A DNA stretch of 32,000 bases from Xanthomonas campestris pv. campestris str. ATCC 33913 (GTDB taxonomy: Bacteria; Pseudomonadota; Gammaproteobacteria; Xanthomonadales; Xanthomonadaceae): positions 697,436 to 729,435 of the forward strand of contig NC_003902.1 in the NCBI RefSeq assembly GCF_000007145.1. Reading direction: 5' to 3'. The position numbers and the translations under genes were made by a program. This document shows, piece by piece, positions 18,659 to 26,573 of the stretch; within the stretch, counting starts at the first letter, position 1; each line of letters opens with the position of its first letter. The notes under the pieces are model-generated. The model searched no databases, was not told where the DNA came from, and was given only the letters and a program-made list of their open reading frames with translations.

Positions 18659-19545
18659 AACTGCGCCCCTTCCTCTATATCGGTGTGCTGAGCCTGGCCA
18701 CGCTGCCGTCGCTGGCGATGGCGGCCAAGGACGACCCGCAGGCCGATGCACTTAATCGGCGCTTGGCCTTGTTGCAGAACGATCCGCAGACCAGTGACCT
18801 GGCCCGCTACGAGCGCCTGCAGGCGCAACAGACCGTGGCGGCCCTGGCCGAAGCCAAGCGTCGCGACCGCGATGAGCTGGTGTTCCTGGCCGACCGCCGG
18901 GTCGAGATTGCCGAGCTCACCGCCCGCACCGCGCTGGCCCGGCGCGAGCTGGACCGTCTGGAAGGCACCCGCAACGACTTGCTGATCGAAGCCAGCCGTC
19001 GCGATGCCTCCCGCGCCCGGCAGGAGGCCGAGCGTCTGCGCGTGCAGGCGCAGATCCAGGCCGAGGAAGCCGAGCGCATGCGCCAGGCGGCCGAGCAGGA
19101 AACCCTGGCGCGCCAGGATGCCGAGCTGGCCCTGACCAGCGTGGCCGGCAAGCAGACCGCCAAGCTCAACGCGGCCCAGCAAAAGGCCCTGCAGCTCGCC
19201 CACGAAGAGGCCGAACTGGTGGCCGGGGCCAAGCTGCCGTCGTCCAAGGTCGATGGCCGCGGCGAAGTGTTCTCGCTCGGCAGCGACGCCTTTGCCGGCA
19301 AGACGGCCCTGGCCGGTGCCGGTTCCGGCCAGGCCAAGGCGCTGGCCGAGTACCTGCAGATCGGCAAGAAGGGCCGGGTCACCATCGTCGGCTACGACAG
19401 CGACGCGGCCACGGCCAAGAAGCGTGCCGAGGCGCTTCGCGATGCCCTGGTCGCCGGTGGCGTTGCCGCCGCGCGCTTGCAGGTCAGTGGCACCAAGGGC
19501 ACCGCCAGCAAGTCGCGTGCGGCTGAGGTCGTTGTGCTGCCGTAG
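18655..19545 (+). CDS. Envelope protein with signal peptide, long coiled coil and degenerate OmpA-like C-terminal domain
   Basis: MKLRPFLYIGVLSLATLPSLAMA is a signal peptide. About 170 residues of E/R/A/Q-rich heptad-like sequence follow. The C-terminus GRVTIVGYDSDAATAKKRAEALRDALVAGGVAAARLQVSG resembles the peptidoglycan-binding OmpA_C fold but lacks the full canonical motif. Confidence 0.75.
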   Translation: MKLRPFLYIGVLSLATLPSLAMAAKDDPQADALNRRLALLQNDPQTSDLARYERLQAQQTVAALAEAKRRDRDELVFLADRRVEIAELTARTALARRELDRLEGTRNDLLIEASRRDASRARQEAERLRVQAQIQAEEAERMRQAAEQETLARQDAELALTSVAGKQTAKLNAAQQKALQLAHEEAELVAGAKLPSSKVDGRGEVFSLGSDAFAGKTALAGAGSGQAKALAEYLQIGKKGRVTIVGYDSDAATAKKRAEALRDALVAGGVAAARLQVSGTKGTASKSRAAEVVVLP

Positions 19546-19829
19546 GCCAAGTGGTTGAAGTTAAGGTCTTTTAACCGGCGGATGACGCCCGGTTGAACCG
19601 CGGTCACTGATTGACGCGGGGAACGGCAAAAGCAGCCGTTTCGGCCTTGAACGCCCCCCGCGACCGGCGTAGGGTCGTACCTCCAGGCAGCAACTCCGCC
19701 GCCTGGAAAGTACGGAGGGCCGGGCCAGTGACGCAGAGGCACGCAGTGACGCAATACGGTGGAATGGTTGGTGGTGGTTCCGCCCATGTGTCGGCCTTTG
19801 CAACGCGTTGGTCTTCCATCCCCAAGCTG

Positions 19830-19866
19830 CGCCCCGTGCCTTCGCTGGCCGGGGCGTTCTTGTTTT
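19830..19866 (+). terminator. Intrinsic terminator about 20 nt upstream of the DUF465 start codon
   Basis: cgccccg (19830-19836) pairs with cggggcg (19850-19856), with extra gcc/ggc pairs inside the loop. The tail gttcttgtttt follows. The RBS gaaggagg begins at 19871. Confidence 0.7.
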
Positions 19867-19885
19867 AAGTGAAGGAGGTAACGCC

Positions 19886-20104
19886 ATGTTCGAAGGGCAA
19901 CCGCAGACCGAAATCGACGCATTGATGAAGTCCGATCCCGAGTTCAAGCAGCTCTACCAACGGCACAAGCTCTTGAACAAGAAATGCATGGATGCCGAAC
20001 TCGGGGTGCTCCCGATCGACGACGTGACCTTAGGCCAGATGAAACGCGAGAAATTGCAGGCCAAAGAGAAACTCACCCGGATGTACGACCAACTCACGCA
20101 CTGA
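19886..20104 (+). CDS. DUF465 (YdcH-like) small protein
   Basis: Strong RBS gaaggaggtaacgccATG. 72 aa: MFEGQPQTEIDALMKSDPEFKQLYQRHKLLNKKCMDAE...REKLQAKEKL matches the DUF465 pattern. The track ORF 19808..20104 starts upstream, inside the terminator. Confidence 0.85.
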   Translation: MFEGQPQTEIDALMKSDPEFKQLYQRHKLLNKKCMDAELGVLPIDDVTLGQMKREKLQAKEKLTRMYDQLTH

Positions 20105-20137
20105 TCCTCTCCCACTGCTAAGAACAAGTTCACCGTC

Positions 20138-20190
20138 GCGGGCGGTGGCGGCCTCCTCGTCGGCTTGCCACCGTCCGCGTCGCCTTTTCT
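20138..20190 (+). terminator. Probable terminator of the DUF465 gene
   Basis: gcgggcggtggc (20138-20149) pairs with gccaccgtccgc (20167-20178) at 11 of 12 positions, followed by gtcgccttttctgg. Confidence 0.5.
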
Positions 20191-20335
20191 GGCAGCCGCT
20201 CGTTGCAGGGCAGGGCGGCTGATGTACATCCGCGTTCATCGGCGCGCTCAATCGCTTCCTGCCTGAATGAGCATTCCCCGGCGGTTCGTCGGATAATGAC
20301 CGGTCTAGCCCGCGCGGCGCAGCGACGATATCCCG

Positions 20336-21706
20336 ATGGCGATCCATTCCTCCGTACTCGAACTGATTGGCAATACGCCGATCGTCAAGGCCCAGCGCCT
20401 GGACACCGGTGTCTGCGAACTGTTCCTCAAGCTGGAGGCATCCAATCCGGGCGGCTCGATCAAGGACCGTATCGGCTTGTCGATGATCGAAGCGGCCGAG
20501 CAGCGCGGCGACCTGAAGCCCGGCGCCACCCTGGTGGAAGGCACGGCCGGCAACACCGGTCTTGGCCTGGCGCTGGTCGCGCAGCAGAAGGGCTACCGCC
20601 TGATCCTGGTGGTGCCGGACAAGATGAGCCGCGAGAAGATCTTCAATCTCAAGGCGATGGGCGCTGATGTGGTGCTGACCCGCTCGGACGTGGCCAAGGG
20701 GCACCCGGAGTATTACCAGGACCTGGCCGCCAAGATCGCCTCGGAGACCCCGGGCGCCTACTTCATCAACCAGTTCGGCAACCCGGACAACCCGGCCGCG
20801 CATGAGTTCGGTACCGGGCCGGAAATCCTGGCGCAGATGGATGGCCAGCTGGACGCGATCGTGTTCGGCTGCGGCAGCTCAGGCACCATGACCGGCCTGT
20901 CGCGCGCCTTCGCCACCGCTTCGCCGCAGACCGAACTGGTGCTGGCAGACCCGGTGGGCTCGATCCTCACCCAGTACATCGAAGAGGGTACGGTGAGCGA
21001 GAAGTCCGGCAGCTGGCTGGTCGAAGGCATCGGTGAGGATTTCCTGCCGGATATCTCCGATTTCTCGCGGGTCAAGAAAGCCTATTCGATCAGCGATGCG
21101 GAAAGCTTCCACACCGCGCGCGAGCTGCTGGCCAAGGAGGGCATCCTCGGCGGCTCGTCCACCGGCACGCTGCTGGCCGCAGCGCTGAAGTACTGCCGCG
21201 AGCAGACCACGCCCAAGCGCGTGCTGGTGTTCGTCTGCGATACCGGCAACAAGTACCTGTCGAAGATGTACAACGACTATTGGATGCTGGACAACGGCTT
21301 CCTGGAGCGCGAACAGCACGGCGACCTGCGTGACCTGATCCTGCGCCCGTACAACAAGCGCGACACCGTGGTGGTCGGGCCGAAAGATCTGCTGACTACC
21401 GCCTACCAGCGCATGAAGCTCTACGACGTCTCGCAGTTGCCGGTGATCGATAATGGCGAGCTGGTCGGCATCGTCGATGAGAGCGATGTGCTGCTGCATG
21501 TGTATGGCGACGAAGCACGGTTCCGCGACCCGATCTCCACTGCAATGGTCAGCAAGCTCGACCGTCTGGACGTGGCCTCGCCGATCGAAGCGCTGCTGCC
21601 GGTGTTCGATCGCGGCCAGGTCGCCATCGTCATGGACGGCAACCAGTTCCTGGGCCTGATCACCCGTATCGACCTGCTCAACTACCTGCGCCGCCGCGTG
21701 CAGTAA
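20336..21706 (+). CDS. Cystathionine beta-synthase (PLP domain plus C-terminal CBS-domain pair)
   Basis: 456 aa. Contains NPGGSIKDRIG (PLP lysine), EGTAGNTG and GSSGT. The C-terminal roughly 120 aa contain two CBS motifs (VSQLPVIDNGELVGIVDESDV, GQVAIVMDGNQFLGLITRIDL). Confidence 0.93.
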   Translation: MAIHSSVLELIGNTPIVKAQRLDTGVCELFLKLEASNPGGSIKDRIGLSMIEAAEQRGDLKPGATLVEGTAGNTGLGLALVAQQKGYRLILVVPDKMSREKIFNLKAMGADVVLTRSDVAKGHPEYYQDLAAKIASETPGAYFINQFGNPDNPAAHEFGTGPEILAQMDGQLDAIVFGCGSSGTMTGLSRAFATASPQTELVLADPVGSILTQYIEEGTVSEKSGSWLVEGIGEDFLPDISDFSRVKKAYSISDAESFHTARELLAKEGILGGSSTGTLLAAALKYCREQTTPKRVLVFVCDTGNKYLSKMYNDYWMLDNGFLEREQHGDLRDLILRPYNKRDTVVVGPKDLLTTAYQRMKLYDVSQLPVIDNGELVGIVDESDVLLHVYGDEARFRDPISTAMVSKLDRLDVASPIEALLPVFDRGQVAIVMDGNQFLGLITRIDLLNYLRRRVQ

Positions 21707-21799
21707 TGCGTGCCGCCGCCGTGCGTGCTCGCATGAGACGCACGGCATGGGCCATTCAGGCCTGCTTGCTACAATCCGCCACTTTTTCCGGGAACCTCC

Positions 21800-22999
21800 A
21801 TGTCCAACCGCACCGCAAACAGCCACGATGGCGAGCGCGCGCTGTCGCTCGCAACGCTGGCGATCCATGGTGGACAGTCGCCGGACCCCAGCACCGGGGC
21901 GGTGATGCCGCCGATCTACGCGACGTCCACCTATGCGCAGTCCAGCCCGGGCGAGCATCAGGGCTTTGAGTACTCGCGGACCCACAACCCTACGCGTTTT
22001 GCCTATGAGCGCTGTGTTGCCGTGCTGGAAGGCGGCACCCGCGGGTTTGCCTTCGCCTCCGGCATGGCCGCGACCTCCACAGTGATGGAGTTGTTGGACG
22101 CCGGCAGCCACGTGGTAGCGACCGATGACCTGTACGGCGGCTCGTTCCGTCTGTTCGAGCGTGTGCGTCGCCGCACCGCCGGCCTGGACTTCAGTTTCGT
22201 CGACCTGACCGACCCGGCCGCGTTCGAGGCCGCGATCCGCCCGACCACCAAGATGGTCTGGATCGAAACCCCGACCAACCCGATGCTCAAGCTGGTCGAC
22301 ATCGCCGCCATTGCGGCGATCGCGCGTAGGCACGGCCTGCTGGTGGTGGTGGACAACACCTTCGCCTCGCCGATGCTGCAGCGCCCGCTGGAATTGGGCG
22401 CCGACCTGGTGGTGCATTCGGCCACCAAGTACCTCAATGGCCACTCGGACATGGTGGGCGGCATCGCCGTGGTCGGCGACAACGCCGAACTCGCCGAACA
22501 GATGGCCTTCCTGCAGAACTCGATCGGCGGCGTACAAGGCCCGTTCGACAGCTTCCTGGCCCTGCGCGGGCTCAAGACCCTGCCGCTGCGCATGCGCGCG
22601 CACTGCGAAAACGCCCTGGCGCTGGCGCAGTGGCTGGAGACCCACCAGGCGATCGAAAAAGTGATCTACCCCGGCTTGGCCTCGCACCCGCAGCACGCAC
22701 TCGCCAAGCAGCAGATGTCCGGCTTCGGCGGCATCGTCTCGATCGTCCTCAAGGGCGGCTTCGAGGCAGCCAAGCGTTTCTGCGAAAAGACCGAACTGTT
22801 CACCCTGGCCGAATCGTTGGGTGGTGTGGAAAGTTTGGTCAATCATCCCGCCGTCATGACCCATGCCTCGATCCCTGTGGCCCGCCGTGAACAGCTAGGC
22901 ATCAGCGATGCGCTGGTGCGGCTGAGTGTGGGGGTTGAGGATGTGGGGGATTTGCGGGGGGATTTGGAGCGTGCGCTTGAGGCGTCTCAGTCTCCATGA
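21800..22999 (+). CDS. metB: Cystathionine gamma-lyase/gamma-synthase family PLP enzyme
   Basis: 399 aa. It has the Cys/Met-metabolism PLP family signature DNTFASP...HSATKYLNGHSD (PLP lysine). Pairing with the upstream CBS suggests reverse transsulfuration. metB is the name used in the Xanthomonas literature for the gene flanking the LPS locus. Confidence 0.92.
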   Translation: MSNRTANSHDGERALSLATLAIHGGQSPDPSTGAVMPPIYATSTYAQSSPGEHQGFEYSRTHNPTRFAYERCVAVLEGGTRGFAFASGMAATSTVMELLDAGSHVVATDDLYGGSFRLFERVRRRTAGLDFSFVDLTDPAAFEAAIRPTTKMVWIETPTNPMLKLVDIAAIAAIARRHGLLVVVDNTFASPMLQRPLELGADLVVHSATKYLNGHSDMVGGIAVVGDNAELAEQMAFLQNSIGGVQGPFDSFLALRGLKTLPLRMRAHCENALALAQWLETHQAIEKVIYPGLASHPQHALAKQQMSGFGGIVSIVLKGGFEAAKRFCEKTELFTLAESLGGVESLVNHPAVMTHASIPVARREQLGISDALVRLSVGVEDVGDLRGDLERALEASQSP

Positions 23000-24381
23000 C
23001 AGATTCTTCGCAACGTCAGGGCATCGTCGCCTCCTGGCGGAATGGTCTGGCTGGACTGCATCTGCAGGCGTGGGTGCGTCGGCAGACATGGCTGCAGCGC
23101 TTCTACCGGATGTTTCCGACCAGCTTGCGCGGCAGGGTATCTGCCGCACTGTCCGCCCGCTCGGTCATTCAGACGCGTTTCCAGCGTACGTCGGCCTGGG
23201 AGCGTGCGGCCGGTGAGGCCCGTGCATCCCTGGATGCAGAGATGCAAAATGCTCCGCCAACTCCGACGCCTACGGCTGCGGCAGGAATCAATATTCTTGG
23301 CTACATCCGTGGAGAGTTCGGGCTGGCAGAAAGTGCCAGGATGTACGCTCGTGCGCTGATCAACGCGGGCGCCTCGGTGTCTCTGTATGACCTGGATATG
23401 GGGCTTCCCCACTCCTGGCGGGACCGCAGTATGGATGCCTTCATCGATCAGCGCATGCCGCATCGCGTCACCATCGTGTTCGTGAATCCTGACTATCTGG
23501 AGGCCGCCTTCGAACAAGTTGGTCGCGCCAGACTGGCTGGTCATTACGTGATTGCCTGCTGGTTCTGGGAGCTGGAAGTAATCCCGAGTACTTGGCTACG
23601 CGCCATTGAGCTTGTAGACGAGATCATGGTTGCGTCACAGTTCATTGAAAGCGCGTTTCGGCACGTGACGGATAAACCGATCATGCGAGTGCCTCTACCG
23701 GTATCGGACTTGCGGGACAGCGGTCTGCAGCGAGAGGACTTTGGCCTGCCGGCTGGCAAGTTCACCTTTCTTTTTAGCTTCGATTTCCATTCGGTTGCTG
23801 CCAGAAAAAATCCGCAAGCCGTGGTACACGCTTTTCAGCAAGCGTTTCCGAACAAGCGCGATGATGTGCACCTTGTGTTGAAGTCCAGTAACGGCCACAT
23901 GTATCCCGAACAGATGCGCGAACTTCTCGCGCTTGTGGTGGGAGATGCGCGTATCCAGCTTCGGGATGAGGTGATCGACAAAATGCATGTTCGTGCGCTT
24001 CAGCGTTGCTGCGATGTCTATGTCTCTCTGCATCGCGCCGAGGGCTTCGGTTTGGGTCTGGCCGAATGCATGTCGTTGGGCAAGCCCGTTATCGCAACCG
24101 GATGGTCGGGCAATATGGAATTCATGACCGAAAGTAACTCCGTGCTTGTCCCGTACGATCTGGTGCCTGTTGCTGGAAGATACCCCGAATCTGAGGGCGC
24201 GCAGTGGGCCGAGCCGAAAGTTGCAAGGGCAGCCGACGCCATGCGTCGCCTCGCGGATGACCCGGAATATGCGCGAGCCATTGGCGAGGCTGCAAGAAGA
24301 GACGTCGGTTTGAAGCTGGCTCCAGACAGGGCGGCCCAGGCTATTTTGTTCAGGACTGCGAATGTCTTAGCGGCAAGTTGA
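22996..24381 (+). CDS. GT-B fold glycosyltransferase (GT4-like), first gene of the O-antigen cassette
   Basis: 461 aa. The C-terminal half carries LHRAEGFGLGLAECMSLGKPVIAT (E-x7-E motif). The N-terminal domain begins near INILGYIRGEFGLAESAR. The ATG at 22996 overlaps the metB stop (ATGA). An alternative start at 23242 (MQNAPP...) cannot be excluded. Confidence 0.85.
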   Translation: MTDSSQRQGIVASWRNGLAGLHLQAWVRRQTWLQRFYRMFPTSLRGRVSAALSARSVIQTRFQRTSAWERAAGEARASLDAEMQNAPPTPTPTAAAGINILGYIRGEFGLAESARMYARALINAGASVSLYDLDMGLPHSWRDRSMDAFIDQRMPHRVTIVFVNPDYLEAAFEQVGRARLAGHYVIACWFWELEVIPSTWLRAIELVDEIMVASQFIESAFRHVTDKPIMRVPLPVSDLRDSGLQREDFGLPAGKFTFLFSFDFHSVAARKNPQAVVHAFQQAFPNKRDDVHLVLKSSNGHMYPEQMRELLALVVGDARIQLRDEVIDKMHVRALQRCCDVYVSLHRAEGFGLGLAECMSLGKPVIATGWSGNMEFMTESNSVLVPYDLVPVAGRYPESEGAQWAEPKVARAADAMRRLADDPEYARAIGEAARRDVGLKLAPDRAAQAILFRTANVLAAS

Positions 24382-24464
24382 GGCGCGGCTGCCATACCGT
24401 GTTCCTGATGTTGACGCCGGCCGCTTACCAAGTAGTGACTATTTCAGAGGTAGCAACGTTGGAC

Positions 24465-25250
24465 ATGATTCGGTCCGTATGGGCCTTCCGATACTTCATC
24501 CTCTCATCGATCAGGAATGATCTGCGCCTGCGCTTTTTGCGCAGCAAGCTCGGCGCCTTGTGGATGATCATTCATCCGCTCATGCAGGTGCTGATCTTTG
24601 CAACGATCCTCTCGGAGGTCCTGGCAGCAAAGTTGCCTGGTGTCAACAACAAGTTTGCTTACGCCCTCTACCTTATGGCGGGGACACTTTGCTGGAGCAT
24701 GTTTGCAGAATCTATCGGCAAATGCGCATCCTTGTTTGTGGATAACGGAAATCTGATGAAAAAGCAGGCGTTTCCACGGATATGCCTTCCGCTCATCGCG
24801 GGCGGGACCGTCATGGTGAATAACTTGCTGTTATTTTTAGCGATCATTGTTGTTTTCGCGATTTTGGGGCACTCCCTGGGACCCCAGGCAGGCTGGCTGC
24901 CGCTGCTGATGCTCCTGACGCTTGCGTTCGCGATGTCGATCGGTCTGCTGCTCGGGATTTTCAATGTCTTCGTGCGCGACATCGGGCAGGTTGTACCGGT
25001 CGTTCTGCAGGCAATGTTCTGGGTGACGCCAATCGTCTACACCATCGATATCCTTCCGCAGCAGACGCGGGATTTATTTAAGCTCAACCCGCTGTTCCCG
25101 CTCGTCAGCGCCTACCAGGGGGTGCTTCTTTACGGGCGTGCACCGGATTGGATGAGTCTGCTGCCTCTGACCGCCGCCACGGCCGTCCTGGGTTTTGTAT
25201 CGCTGGTCGTCTTTCGTCGCGCAAGTGCCGAAATGGTGGATGCGCTATGA
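24465..25250 (+). CDS. wzm: O-antigen/polysaccharide ABC transporter permease (ABC-2 type)
   Basis: MIRSVWAFRYFILSSIRNDLRLRFLRSKLGALWMIIHPLMQVLIF is a typical Wzm N-terminus, followed by about 6 hydrophobic spans. Alternative starts are the ATG at 24408 and the TTG at 24378, so the start is uncertain. Its stop overlaps the wzt start (ATGA). Confidence 0.85.
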   Translation: MIRSVWAFRYFILSSIRNDLRLRFLRSKLGALWMIIHPLMQVLIFATILSEVLAAKLPGVNNKFAYALYLMAGTLCWSMFAESIGKCASLFVDNGNLMKKQAFPRICLPLIAGGTVMVNNLLLFLAIIVVFAILGHSLGPQAGWLPLLMLLTLAFAMSIGLLLGIFNVFVRDIGQVVPVVLQAMFWVTPIVYTIDILPQQTRDLFKLNPLFPLVSAYQGVLLYGRAPDWMSLLPLTAATAVLGFVSLVVFRRASAEMVDAL

Positions 25251-26533
25251 GCGCTATGCTGACGGTCGAGGGATTGGGAAAGTCCTATCGTGTTTGGGGT
25301 AGCGAGTGGCTGCGTGCGGCCAGCTGGTTTGGTCTGAAGGTCAAGCCGCGGGAGGAGCATTGGGTGCTGCGCAACGTCGGCTTTTCGGTCACTGCTGGTG
25401 AGTCGATTGGAATCATGGGGCGAAATGGCGCTGGCAAGAGTACGCTGCTCAAGCTGATCACGGGGACATCGCAGCCCACTGAAGGGCGTATCGTCCGGCG
25501 CGGGCGCATTGCTGCGATCCTCGAGCTCGGGATGGGGTTCAACCCGGACCTGAGTGGACGAGAAAATGCCCGTCACTCGGCCGGGCTCATGGGCTACACG
25601 CTGGACCAGATTGAGGCCGTACTGCCGGAAATTCAGGAGTTTGCTGAGATCGGAGATTACTTCGATGAGCCGGTGCGCACTTACTCCAGCGGCATGCAGG
25701 TACGCGTGGCATTCGCGGTCGCTACCGCATTCCGGCCCGATGTGCTGATCGTCGATGAAGCATTATCGGTCGGAGATGTGTATTTTCAGGCAAAATGTTT
25801 CAAGCGTATTCTGTCCTTCAAGGAAAAGGGCATGACGCTGATTCTTGTGAGTCACTCCGTAGGGGACGTCGTCAAGCATTGCGACCGGGCTATATTAATT
25901 AAGGATGGCGGCGTCTATGCCGATGGTCCGTCCCGGGAGGTATCCAACCTCTATCTGGACGAGCTGTTTGGCAAGAAACCCGCGTCGCTTCAAGCCGAGG
26001 CCAAGGATACCCCGAAGGATCTACGCGCCGGCACGGAAGACTTGTTTCATACCCGGCCTTACTACAACGCTGGCGAGCACCGCTGGGGTCAGGGGGGCGC
26101 AAGGATTTTGGATTACGTGGTTGTCAGTGACGGCCAGGAATTCCCAGCACGCGTGGAAAGTGGCTCAAGGACGGCGTTCTACGTCAAGATCGCATTCGAC
26201 CAGGATTTCGATAGCGTGGTCCCCGGCATTCTGGTGAAAACGCTTGAGGGATTATTCCTCTACGGTACCAATTCCTTTCTTTCCAGCGAGGGCCGTACCG
26301 GAATCGCGGCCAAAGCCGGCGACGTCATCGTCTGCAAGTTTACGATGCCTCTTGACCTCAATGAAGCCAATTATCTGATCTCGCTCGGCATCTCCAGCGG
26401 CGATCCGCTGGTGGAATTGACACCGCTGGATCGGCGCTACGATGCCATCGTGCTGAACGTGGCCCGAGGCATGCAGTTCTGGGGGATGATGGATCTGAAG
26501 GCCGATTTCGAAATCGTGGAGGCCTTGTCATGA
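25247..26533 (+). CDS. wzt: O-antigen ABC transporter ATP-binding protein with C-terminal glycan-binding-type extension
   Basis: ATG at 25247 (MSAMLTVEGLGKSY...). Contains Walker A GRNGAGKST, signature YSSGMQVR and Walker B LIVDEALS. About 165 extra C-terminal residues (RWGQGGARILDYVVV...DFEIVEAL) are laid out like the Wzt_C beta-sandwich. Confidence 0.92.
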   Translation: MSAMLTVEGLGKSYRVWGSEWLRAASWFGLKVKPREEHWVLRNVGFSVTAGESIGIMGRNGAGKSTLLKLITGTSQPTEGRIVRRGRIAAILELGMGFNPDLSGRENARHSAGLMGYTLDQIEAVLPEIQEFAEIGDYFDEPVRTYSSGMQVRVAFAVATAFRPDVLIVDEALSVGDVYFQAKCFKRILSFKEKGMTLILVSHSVGDVVKHCDRAILIKDGGVYADGPSREVSNLYLDELFGKKPASLQAEAKDTPKDLRAGTEDLFHTRPYYNAGEHRWGQGGARILDYVVVSDGQEFPARVESGSRTAFYVKIAFDQDFDSVVPGILVKTLEGLFLYGTNSFLSSEGRTGIAAKAGDVIVCKFTMPLDLNEANYLISLGISSGDPLVELTPLDRRYDAIVLNVARGMQFWGMMDLKADFEIVEALS

Positions 26534-26573
26534 AGGCGCCAGCAATTCACCTCAACGCAGAGAGCGAACAGCC

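Noticed and set aside
17521-19203. 560-aa minus-strand ORF, plus 16533..18020(+) and 929..1930(+)
   Set aside because: These ORFs span gene boundaries or intergenic DNA, or lie antisense or out of frame relative to well-supported genes (pilU, DUF4398/OmpA-like, copA/copL). No motifs are present.
19546-19612. tRNA-like string GCCAAGTGGTTGAAG ... GGTTGAACC just after the OmpA-like gene
   Set aside because: It superficially resembles the D-arm of class II tRNAs and a T-loop. However, I could not form an acceptor stem, D-stem, anticodon stem or T-stem with proper pairing, so it is not a functional tRNA.
19611-19868. 85-aa plus-strand ORF in the region upstream of DUF465
   Set aside because: It has no RBS, its Arg/Ala/Pro-rich translation shows no motif, and it runs through the hairpins and the terminator. 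The region is better explained as structured RNA.
19546-19885. Possibility that this region is RNase P RNA, 6S RNA, tmRNA or SRP RNA
   Set aside because: It is too short for RNase P RNA and lacks the GAGGAAAGUCCGGGC-type core, although ctggaaagtacggagggccggg is only loosely similar. There is no tmRNA tag reading frame or tRNA-like ends. I could not match it to 6S or SRP sequences from memory, so a covariance-model scan is needed.
20879-22864. 661-aa minus-strand ORF
   Set aside because: It runs antisense across both the CBS and metB genes and the gap between them. It has a low-complexity His/Arg/Gly/Ala-rich translation.
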